The position numbers and the translations under genes were made by a program. From an uncultured virus (IMG/VR IMGVR_UViG_3300017747_000864) (taxonomy: Duplodnaviria > Heunggongvirae > Uroviricota > Caudoviricetes), in IMG/VR virus record IMGVR_UViG_3300017747_000864: a stretch of DNA of 64,000 nucleotides. One strand, 5' to 3'. How positions within the stretch are numbered: the first letter of the stretch is position 1; each line of letters opens with the position of its first letter. Under the pieces are notes generated by a model. That model was not told where the DNA came from. It was given only the letters and a program-made list of their open reading frames with translations, and did no database searches. Shown piece after piece: positions 45,630 to 53,661 of the stretch.

Positions 45630-46727
45630 TCACGCAGGCATGTATTTCTGGGGCTTGATCTGTTTGCCCTGAGCCTTGCGCCCAGTCCGTGCAGAGCGAA
45701 CCTTGTCCATCATGGAGTACAACTGTTTGGCACCGGCATCGGTCGAGCCATTCCCAAGGTGGGATACCACATCGGCAGGCACTACGAACTCACCATCGGC
45801 CAATCGAGCAGGGCGCTTGTTAGAGATAGTAGCGGGGATGTTGTCGCTCATGCCATCACCCGGACCTTTAAGCAGTCGGCCACCGTCTGAGTATGAGCCA
45901 AGATCAGCGATACCGCCACGGGCCATACGCATGGGGATCGAAGCAGGGATATACCGGCTAGGATCGTATTTGAACTTAGACAGCGGCCCAGTATAAGGAG
46001 CCTGTCCCGGTACACTACCCTGTCGCCCCATAAGCGCCATCAGCCCAAGGCCCCCGGCACCGCCGTACATGAGTTTTTTCTCAGTCGGCAAAGACTTCCA
46101 CCACTCTTTGATGCCTTGATTGGCCGCAGGAGTTTGTGCGGCTGGGCCCGTGCTTTGCGGAGCGATACCTTCAAGACCAGCCAGCGCGTTGCTCCCTGTT
46201 CCGGCACGAACGCCATCAGTAGCGGATTGCGCTAGCGCTTGTTCTGTTGCCGTAGGAGTAGCGGCATTCAGCGCCCCAAAATCCAAACCCGCTGTATCAA
46301 GAGGCAGTGAAGTAATACCTTCACCCATGGAAATCGGCATGGCGGTAGCCGCTTCAATGACCCCCTGCATCGGAGTAGAAGCCGCCGCCTGTAGGGCCCC
46401 TTGCGCTGGGTTTGACAGCAGTGACTGCATGAACAGCCCCGGCTGGGATGCTGCGTTAGCTGCGGCATTTAAGCCAATCCCCCCTTCAACAATAGGAGCG
46501 GCGGCAGAGGCTGGCAGTTGCGAAGAAAACAAAGTGCCGAGCGCCGGAGCAACCGCGTTGCCAATCCCGCCAGTCACCCCACCAAGCAACGCGCCTTTAA
46601 GGGGGTCACCACCTTGCGCTGCGGAAGAAACGCCGCCTAGAGCAGCGCCGATAAGAATGGGCTCCATCCCCGTGTTGTATGTACGGCGACCGGCAGTGTA
46701 TCCGTTAAATTTATTAGGGATGAGCAT
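45630..46727 (-). CDS. Putative internal virion protein
   Basis: 365 aa; glycine zipper; C-terminal GPGDGMSDNIPA...LADGEFVVPADVV. Confidence 0.75.
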   Translation of the reverse strand: MLIPNKFNGYTAGRRTYNTGMEPILIGAALGGVSSAAQGGDPLKGALLGGVTGGIGNAVAPALGTLFSSQLPASAAAPIVEGGIGLNAAANAASQPGLFMQSLLSNPAQGALQAAASTPMQGVIEAATAMPISMGEGITSLPLDTAGLDFGALNAATPTATEQALAQSATDGVRAGTGSNALAGLEGIAPQSTGPAAQTPAANQGIKEWWKSLPTEKKLMYGGAGGLGLMALMGRQGSVPGQAPYTGPLSKFKYDPSRYIPASIPMRMARGGIADLGSYSDGGRLLKGPGDGMSDNIPATISNKRPARLADGEFVVPADVVSHLGNGSTDAGAKQLYSMMDKVRSARTGRKAQGKQIKPQKYMPA

Positions 46728-46752
46728 ATGAACCTCGTTTGCCTAAATCGTA

Positions 46753-47610
46753 TCACCGCAGGGAGGAGGATACAAAGGTCGCTGTAAAAATGAGCGCGGG
46801 GCTCACGGGGTGCGTCGGACTGGTGCCCGCAGGGTAAGTAGCAACTACCGTGTTGCCAGTGTTTGATGACCACCTAACAGACATAAAGTCATTAGCAGTA
46901 ACTTCTTGAAGAATGTTGTAGGTCAAGATCGAGGCACCCGGACCTGATCCATGTTTTGACCCAACCTCTTCAATACTGGCTGAATACGGTATATCGGCAC
47001 CGTTTAAGGTAAACCACATCGTGACGTTATCGGTCGTTGTGGTGTAGTTCAATAACTGCGCGCTTATCTGGATGTTGTAAACACCGGCGTTCTCAAAATA
47101 GACATTAGCGCCGCTATCACCAGTGCGTACACCATTACTGTAGTCGGTGTAATTAAGAAGAATCGTGCCGTAAGTCGTTGGGCTAGAAACACCCTGAACT
47201 TCTGATAGTACAGCCCCAGCACTATGCGACGTATTGGTCGTACTGAATACGCCTCGCGTAATACCAGTAAAGGTTGTTGGCGTCTTGCCGGTGAAGCGAA
47301 TAATCTCCGCGCCAATCAATACCCACCCTTGGGATGGAAAATCAGCAGTTGATACAACCTGAAGGTCTGCGGTTGAGGTGTTGGAGATACCTGTTGTCAG
47401 GCTAGTTGTCCCGTCCTGATGAAACGCGCCATACGGGAAATTGGTTAGTCTGCCACCTTGTCTGCCACCCAACTGGCCGAGCACTTGGCTAAGTTGGTTG
47501 AAATACAAACGAAGTACGTTGGAATACTGATCGTGAAACTGCGGATTCCATGCCTGCGGGGCGAGTGGAATGCTAGGAGAGGGCGGAAACCGTAGATAGT
47601 TATTACTCAT
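46753..47610 (-). CDS. Putative tail-associated protein
   Basis: 285 aa beta-rich; AGVYNIQISAQL. Confidence 0.65.
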   Translation of the reverse strand: MSNNYLRFPPSPSIPLAPQAWNPQFHDQYSNVLRLYFNQLSQVLGQLGGRQGGRLTNFPYGAFHQDGTTSLTTGISNTSTADLQVVSTADFPSQGWVLIGAEIIRFTGKTPTTFTGITRGVFSTTNTSHSAGAVLSEVQGVSSPTTYGTILLNYTDYSNGVRTGDSGANVYFENAGVYNIQISAQLLNYTTTTDNVTMWFTLNGADIPYSASIEEVGSKHGSGPGASILTYNILQEVTANDFMSVRWSSNTGNTVVATYPAGTSPTHPVSPALIFTATFVSSSLR

Positions 47611-49715
47611 CGCCTACCGTCAGAGCGGAAATCAATACGCGGTGCGCCCAATTGCCACGCGGTATTCACTTGATTGGACCCAATCTTAAAGATCATCTGT
47701 CGTCCACGCAGCCGGGTATATACCTGACCAGTGAATTTCTCTGTATCAGAAGTTGTAGCCGGAGCGTTCAAGGTAACAGTGTTGGAGTTGGCAGTGGTTA
47801 TCCCGGAGCCAGAGTTCTGCAACGTAGAGAGAGTCATTGCCACTTGCGGAGACGCGCCAGTCGGTGAGTTTGAAGAGTTGGCGAACGTAATGTCTGGCAG
47901 GAAGCGCCACACGAAACTGAAGTTGTGGCCGTCGCCAATATCAAACTCCGACGAACTAATGTACGCATTGAGCGGGTTATTGGTTCCAGAGGTGTTGTCG
48001 TTGATACCGCTTTCGTGGGTAATCAGTCGCCCAGTCTGCGTAACCGAATCGTAGGTTGTGGCGAGTGGATTAGTCCGCAAACCAGAGTCAATCCACGCAG
48101 TGCGCTCCATGGTGCCGTAATACCAAGCCTGCTCAAGATAATTAAAAATTACGTAACGATCAGGTTGAGTAGAATTTGCCGCCGGGTAAAACCACCAGAC
48201 TTCGTTAAACCCTTCGTTAGACCCCGCATACACTTGGCCTGATTGCGAGATGTTGAAATCGCCAAATACATAACGCCGAACGTCGCAATTCAGGGTCTGC
48301 ACTCGGCCATCGTAGAAATAGAACTTATCTATTCCCATCCAGTAGATAATGCCCGAGGCAACAACCGCCGCGTTAAATCCTGCAATAGATATGTTGTCAG
48401 CAAGAAGCTGCGGCCCCCAAACAGTTGGTGGCCCAAAGTATTGCAGCGAATAAACGCTGGAGTCCGTGAATACCACAAGCTCTTGACGAGCAAGCACGCC
48501 AGCGATAATCGAAGAGCCGTGAGAGACGCGCACGCTTCCAGCCTGATTGGCGGCGTCTGGGGTCCACTGATATACGTTGTCTTGATCGCTCCAGCGAATC
48601 AGCATTGGGTCAATAACCGCCGACCCGTAGTCATTGCACCCTAAGGCAAACACAAACCGGTTAACGTCAGATACAACAATCGTGTTTTGTACCGTTGGAA
48701 CGTCCACTAACTTAGAGATACTAAACGTCCCACTGCCTGCGCTAGTTACATCGACCAGATTGCCGGAACCATCCAGAAGATTCGCAGTCAGCCCCAGCAC
48801 GTTAAATAGGTAGTAGGTTGTATTGGCTGTAATGCCGGTAGGCAGCGTGCCACCACTAGATACCGCAAACTGCACCGCCGTGCTTTCGGACAATACCGTT
48901 GTAAGCGTTACTATCGTGGGGGAAGTGGTAGTAAACGTCACCGTCCCGCCAAGAGAGTTGAGCAGCACACCGCGAGTATTAGTGCCGTTCGTGGCATCCC
49001 AATAGTAAACACCGCCAGTACGGGGGCCGAAAATTAGATCCTCGCCGTAGTTCTGCTGCGTCCACAGCCCAAGACTAGTGCTAGTGGTAACCGGAGAGCC
49101 TTCTCCCCAGCCGCCTGACGCCCAAGTACTGAACCCCCAGCCGATCCGTGGAAGTTCTGTAGATCCACTGACTCCCACCTGATAAGCCGCTACGGGAGTC
49201 CCGCCATAAGAGCCACCAGAGATTACGGACGGCGCGGTGATGGTGTAGGAGTTGGCATTGACGATAGAGACAATCTGGAACTCGGCGTTGAAGATCGTAT
49301 CGTAAGTGCCCGTGGCCCCGGAGTAAGTCACGAAGTCGCCAATAGAGGCCCCGTGTCCTGTATCAGTCACAGTGACTGTCGTAGTGTTATTGCCAGCAAA
49401 TGGATTAGACCCCAGCGTTACCGTCCGTCTAATCGGCGTGATGTCGTTGTACGCACCACCTTCCTCGATATAAAACTTCAGGTTGGTGCCCACCCCCATC
49501 AAGTTACGCCCAGTGAGCGTTACCCAGTTCCACAGGGATCTGCAAACACCACTAAATACAGCGCCAATACTGGAGTACGGCACCCATCCGCCAATGCTCT
49601 CTGGATTGCCTTGACGGAAGCGGATCTTGTCGCACTCATACCAACCACCCTCGGTGGTATAGCGAGTGTTCTCCCTGTTAACCCCCGGCTTAAAGACAAT
49701 CTTTTGGAGCGGCAT
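47607..49715 (-). CDS. Tail nozzle / DNA stabilization protein (P22 gp10 or T7 gp12-like)
   Basis: 702 aa beta-propeller-like; IRWSDQ, FNEVWWFY, C-terminal DGRR. Confidence 0.7.
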   Translation of the reverse strand: MPLQKIVFKPGVNRENTRYTTEGGWYECDKIRFRQGNPESIGGWVPYSSIGAVFSGVCRSLWNWVTLTGRNLMGVGTNLKFYIEEGGAYNDITPIRRTVTLGSNPFAGNNTTTVTVTDTGHGASIGDFVTYSGATGTYDTIFNAEFQIVSIVNANSYTITAPSVISGGSYGGTPVAAYQVGVSGSTELPRIGWGFSTWASGGWGEGSPVTTSTSLGLWTQQNYGEDLIFGPRTGGVYYWDATNGTNTRGVLLNSLGGTVTFTTTSPTIVTLTTVLSESTAVQFAVSSGGTLPTGITANTTYYLFNVLGLTANLLDGSGNLVDVTSAGSGTFSISKLVDVPTVQNTIVVSDVNRFVFALGCNDYGSAVIDPMLIRWSDQDNVYQWTPDAANQAGSVRVSHGSSIIAGVLARQELVVFTDSSVYSLQYFGPPTVWGPQLLADNISIAGFNAAVVASGIIYWMGIDKFYFYDGRVQTLNCDVRRYVFGDFNISQSGQVYAGSNEGFNEVWWFYPAANSTQPDRYVIFNYLEQAWYYGTMERTAWIDSGLRTNPLATTYDSVTQTGRLITHESGINDNTSGTNNPLNAYISSSEFDIGDGHNFSFVWRFLPDITFANSSNSPTGASPQVAMTLSTLQNSGSGITTANSNTVTLNAPATTSDTEKFTGQVYTRLRGRQMIFKIGSNQVNTAWQLGAPRIDFRSDGRR

Positions 49716-49717
49716 GA

Positions 49718-50329
49718 TTACTCAGGGAAACAGGCGAGGGCTTTAGCGTACCGAGCTTTGCGGTCGGCCAACCCAATCAGACCACCGTTGATGCGTTTGG
49801 TCAACAACTCAAATTCCCGTGCGTCGGCCATCGGAGAGCAGTTGTTGGACTTCCAGAACCATCCGGCAGACAACGCAGCAAACTCAGGTGTAAGCAGCAA
49901 GTCAGGTTCAGCAACAAGATCTTTACCCAGACCCTTGCTACACGCTGTGTAGTTTGACTTGCCAGTGAGTTGCTTGAGTCCGCGACCGCGATACTTCCAG
50001 CCTTCACCACTAGCCTCAGGGCCGTTACCCATCCGGTTGCCATAGACGTTGTTGGCGATCTTCTCCGGCTGGCGGTGGTATCGCATCGCTACTTCCATCG
50101 ACGGAAACCGACTAGGCCACACGCGCATGAGCGCCTCGGCACTGTAGTTCAGGTTCTCGATGAGTCGAGTAAAGCCGCCGGATTCATGGCCGCACTGCGC
50201 GAGAAACGCCGCGATCCGATTCGGGTTGTTGATCTCAAACCGGTCACAAGCAGCCTGCACAGCAGGAAGCCACGTAGCAGCAGTCTCGGGTTTTACGCCA
50301 ACGGCAACAAGGTGAGCAATCTCGATCAT
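49718..50329 (-). CDS. Endolysin, glycoside hydrolase family 19
   Basis: FLAQCGHESGGF...ENLNY, YRGRGLKQLTGKSNY, TKRINGG. Confidence 0.92.
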   Translation of the reverse strand: MIEIAHLVAVGVKPETAATWLPAVQAACDRFEINNPNRIAAFLAQCGHESGGFTRLIENLNYSAEALMRVWPSRFPSMEVAMRYHRQPEKIANNVYGNRMGNGPEASGEGWKYRGRGLKQLTGKSNYTACSKGLGKDLVAEPDLLLTPEFAALSAGWFWKSNNCSPMADAREFELLTKRINGGLIGLADRKARYAKALACFPE

Positions 50330-50805
50330 TTCTTCTCATCCTTGACACGGGAGCCGAAGGAGGAACCCAGCAAGAACGAGAACATCGAAGCCATCACAGT
50401 GCCCAGCATGAAGCCGAGGATGGTGTCAGCGAACCGCACGTTCTCAGACGGGATAGGGCCGAAGGTGATGTACGGGATGTACACCATCGCAAAGATCGAC
50501 CACCCGCTGATAAAGAAGTAGGTGAACCGCCGCACGAACCAATCAGAGGAGGACATGGCGTGTTTTGCCATCTCTCTAGCATTGGCCTTGTCCTTAACTT
50601 CCTGCTCCACCATGAACTCGGCGTGCTGCATCGCCCGTTCGCGCAAAGAAGCGACATGCTCCTGCGTCATCTCTTCTTCGGGCTTGAGTTCAACCCCAAG
50701 TTTCTTCTCGACGTAATCGACGCCCTTTTCTAGCACCGCATCAGCAATCTTGGGTAAGCCGTTGGAGATCAGGCCAGAGACGATAGAGGCGACGATTGGC
50801 AGCAT
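50326..50805 (-). CDS. Putative holin
   Basis: Two C-terminal TM helices, FLLGSS end; directly upstream of endolysin. Confidence 0.65.
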   Translation of the reverse strand: MLPIVASIVSGLISNGLPKIADAVLEKGVDYVEKKLGVELKPEEEMTQEHVASLRERAMQHAEFMVEQEVKDKANAREMAKHAMSSSDWFVRRFTYFFISGWSIFAMVYIPYITFGPIPSENVRFADTILGFMLGTVMASMFSFLLGSSFGSRVKDEKK

Positions 50806-50807
50806 GT

Positions 50808-51209
50808 TTAGACCCTTGTAGAAATTGAATCTTCGCCCTTGCTGACTGTAACCCGATCACCCTCAACATCCACACGCATCGGGGGTTCTTTCTGATCCAG
50901 TCGGGCGATCAACTCTTTGATAATGGTGATCTCAGGCTTTTCTTCTTTCTTAGCCTCGTTGACGATGCCGTTGACCATCTGGATTAAAGCCATCGTGGCG
51001 GTAGCAACAAGGCCAATAACGGCAGGGAGAGCCTCTGGGCTCAGCATAAAAGACGAGCCTACCCCGACCAGAACCAGAAGAAAGATCCACATGATCGCGT
51101 CTTTGCCGATTGCTTTGGCAGCGACTTCCTTGGCTGTGGCCTGAGCCTCCAGCTTGTCAAGCTCGATCTTGGCCTGCGTCTTCAGGACTTGAATGTCTTG
51201 GGGTTCCAT
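50808..51209 (-). CDS. Two-TM membrane protein (lysis accessory?)
   Basis: IMWIFLLVLVGVG and VIGLVATATMALI hydrophobic segments. Confidence 0.6.
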   Translation of the reverse strand: MEPQDIQVLKTQAKIELDKLEAQATAKEVAAKAIGKDAIMWIFLLVLVGVGSSFMLSPEALPAVIGLVATATMALIQMVNGIVNEAKKEEKPEITIIKELIARLDQKEPPMRVDVEGDRVTVSKGEDSISTRV

Positions 51210-51211
51210 GT

Positions 51212-51673
51212 TTAGTCTTTCAGATTGAACGTCAGGTTCTTGTGCTTGGGGTAAGTCACAGTACGCTCACCCTCTGGGCACTTGTACTTGATGGTCGCCA
51301 GCAGGGTGGCCTTTCCGGGATTTACGGGCTCTTTGTCCGAAATCTTCAGCATGTACGTGAAGGTGTCAATCTCAGGGCCAGCGGGGCCCGTGAACTTCGA
51401 CATACTGGGAGTGGCTTCGTGAATCAGACCAGCAGCATCTCGCACCGTCGGGGTGAAGCCTTCAACCGAGCAATCGTCGCGCTTCTTGATCCGGGCCACA
51501 GTGACTTGCACAGGCTCACCGATCTTGGCGTCCTTGATACTGAAGTGCTCCGGTGCCCACTCAATGATGCTGCGATCAAACCATCCAAACTTATCCCCAG
51601 CGGTATACCCGCCCACTGACAGAGCGAATGAGGCAGTCAGAAACTGCACCACCGGGGTAAGTTTGGGGAACAT
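51212..51673 (-). CDS. Hypothetical protein with N-terminal hydrophobic segment
   Basis: 153 aa, two Cys. Confidence 0.65.
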   Translation of the reverse strand: MFPKLTPVVQFLTASFALSVGGYTAGDKFGWFDRSIIEWAPEHFSIKDAKIGEPVQVTVARIKKRDDCSVEGFTPTVRDAAGLIHEATPSMSKFTGPAGPEIDTFTYMLKISDKEPVNPGKATLLATIKYKCPEGERTVTYPKHKNLTFNLKD

Positions 51674-51697
51674 GGCACTTAAAAATCACCAGTGGGT

Positions 51698-52069
51698 TTA
51701 GAAGGGCGGGGGAGTCGGCGTAGGAACAGGAGGTTGATCAACCAGCGGGGTAGACCAATACTGCATCTGGGCATTGCGCTCTGCCTGCACCATCTGATCC
51801 TCGTGCGAGGCTACGTAGGAGTCAACCCAAGGTTGGCCTCCTTGGACCTGAATGATCCAGTCAACGACCTGTTGCGCGGTCAGTTGAGCAATCGGAATAA
51901 ACCCTTGAGGACTTGGGGGGGTGAGATATGTAACACCCGCACCATAGATTTTAACCCCGTTACGGGTCATCTCGCAGATCCAAGTCGATCTAGCCACTGA
52001 GTCGGGGCATTCAGGATACTGCTGAACGTAGACTTTATCGACATAAAATACGGGGTTTATGGTAGTCAT
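51698..52069 (-). CDS. Hypothetical tail-fibre accessory protein
   Basis: FIPIAQLTAQQVVDW; follows fibre genes. Confidence 0.6.
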   Translation of the reverse strand: MTTINPVFYVDKVYVQQYPECPDSVARSTWICEMTRNGVKIYGAGVTYLTPPSPQGFIPIAQLTAQQVVDWIIQVQGGQPWVDSYVASHEDQMVQAERNAQMQYWSTPLVDQPPVPTPTPPPF

Positions 52070-52506
52070 GGCTTCTCTGCGCCGTAGAAGTTGCTGATGC
52101 TGATTTGGCCGGAAGTTGGAACACTTCCGTTGATGTTCACAGTCGTCGGGTAAGAGCGAGAAACTTCATAGTAATACTGAACGAAGCCCGTTTCTGAGTC
52201 TGTGTAGGTGTAGAACAAACTGCCTCTGTAATACGTAGTCGATCCAACCGTTACAGACGAAACAGAGTTTGAATAATCTGATACGACGAGGGATCCGTTC
52301 CAATAGATCGTGTTTTGATACTGCCCCTGACTAAAATGATAGACATCAAGAGAGCCAAACGGGCCTTCACTGGTCGTCACCGTCTTTGTACTCGGCACTA
52401 GACCACCGCCACGGTAATACTCGCTCAAACTGTGCGGTGCTGTACCACCCATTACACCGGCAATGTCGTTGATGCTCAGGGCACCCGATGACGGGAGAAC
52501 TGCCAT
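52066..52506 (-). CDS. Putative tail-fibre tip/adhesin-like protein
   Basis: LPSSGALSINDI...SLSEYYRGG...VPTSGQISISNFYG. Confidence 0.6.
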   Translation of the reverse strand: MAVLPSSGALSINDIAGVMGGTAPHSLSEYYRGGGLVPSTKTVTTSEGPFGSLDVYHFSQGQYQNTIYWNGSLVVSDYSNSVSSVTVGSTTYYRGSLFYTYTDSETGFVQYYYEVSRSYPTTVNINGSVPTSGQISISNFYGAEKP

Positions 52507-53652
52507 TTAGCGAGCCTCCAGTTCTTTCACGCGAGCCGAGAGTTCTTTGATAGCGGCAAATGCTAGTGCGCAGAGTTTTTCGTAATCCACGGCCAAGGTG
52601 CCATCTTCGCGTTCACGGACTGCCAACGGGAAAGCTGCTTGGACATCCTGCGCCACCACACCAAAGTCAGACTTCTGTACAAAGTAGCCGTCCGCACCGC
52701 CCTTAGACTCAATGTATTCGTCCGTCCAGTCAAACAGCTTCCCTCCGATAGCTTCTACAGCACCAACTGCACTGGGGATATCACGAATGTTTTCTTTGAG
52801 CCTACGGTCAGACGAATAATACGCGGTGACGTTATTGGTGGCCCGAATCTCTCCAGACGTTCCAGAAGCCGTTGCTCCTACACCAAGTGAACCCAACTGC
52901 GTATTACTCGCGGTGCCGACACCCAGAGCGGTTGCAGCATTCGCCGCAGTAGTAGAACCCGTACCGCCGTTAGCGATTGGGAGAGTACCGGTAACTTCTG
53001 TGGAGAGACTTACACTCCCGGCTGTAAACGCCGAAACCCCACTAGCTTTAACCACACCCGTCAGGGTCGTAGCGCCCGTACCCCCCGCCGCCACAGGCAG
53101 CGTACCGGCAGTCAGCGCCGAAGACGAGGTGGAGTAAATGGCGTTGTTGGCCGCAGTAAAGGTCGTCAGACCCGTACCGCCGTTGCCGGTAGTCAAAGTT
53201 CCCGTCAGATCAGTGATCCGGTTAGAGGCGATCAGGATGTAGTCAGATCCGTTCCAGGCAATCAGCGACCGGGTAAGCGCGGGGATGTTAACCCCAGTCG
53301 TTGCTGCGCCTTTGACCGTCACTATCTGATTGGTAGAGGTAGCGTTGATAACCAGATATACACGGCTCGCAGACGGAGCGGTGATTATCAACGTAGCTGC
53401 CGGACTACCCGTACAGTTAATGATGCGGTACTGCGCGGAGCCTGCGGATGTTGCGGCTGCTTGAACTAGCGCAGTACCGTTTGCCACCGTTAAGGTGACC
53501 GCAGTTTGGCTCCCACTGATTGTCTGAGCCCCGGCCACCGCTGCATCAAGATAGGTAGTCAAGTAGTCATTGACTACATCACCCCATGTGCCCGCCTCTG
53601 TGCCAGTAGTTGGCTTAGCAAGGCCAAGGAGGGAAGTATACGTAACGGCCAT
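52507..53652 (-). CDS. Tail fibre with C-terminal intramolecular chaperone (peptidase S74)
   Basis: GTLPVAxGGTG repeats; YYSSDRRLKENI...GVVAQDV...VDYEKL...AIKEL. Confidence 0.85.
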   Translation of the reverse strand: MAVTYTSLLGLAKPTTGTEAGTWGDVVNDYLTTYLDAAVAGAQTISGSQTAVTLTVANGTALVQAAATSAGSAQYRIINCTGSPAATLIITAPSASRVYLVINATSTNQIVTVKGAATTGVNIPALTRSLIAWNGSDYILIASNRITDLTGTLTTGNGGTGLTTFTAANNAIYSTSSSALTAGTLPVAAGGTGATTLTGVVKASGVSAFTAGSVSLSTEVTGTLPIANGGTGSTTAANAATALGVGTASNTQLGSLGVGATASGTSGEIRATNNVTAYYSSDRRLKENIRDIPSAVGAVEAIGGKLFDWTDEYIESKGGADGYFVQKSDFGVVAQDVQAAFPLAVREREDGTLAVDYEKLCALAFAAIKELSARVKELEAR

Positions 53653-53661
53653 GAACTACTC

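Noticed and set aside
47773..47785. GTAACAGTGTTGG as another palindrome copy
   Set aside because: Mismatched arms, isolated within a tail gene; likely chance
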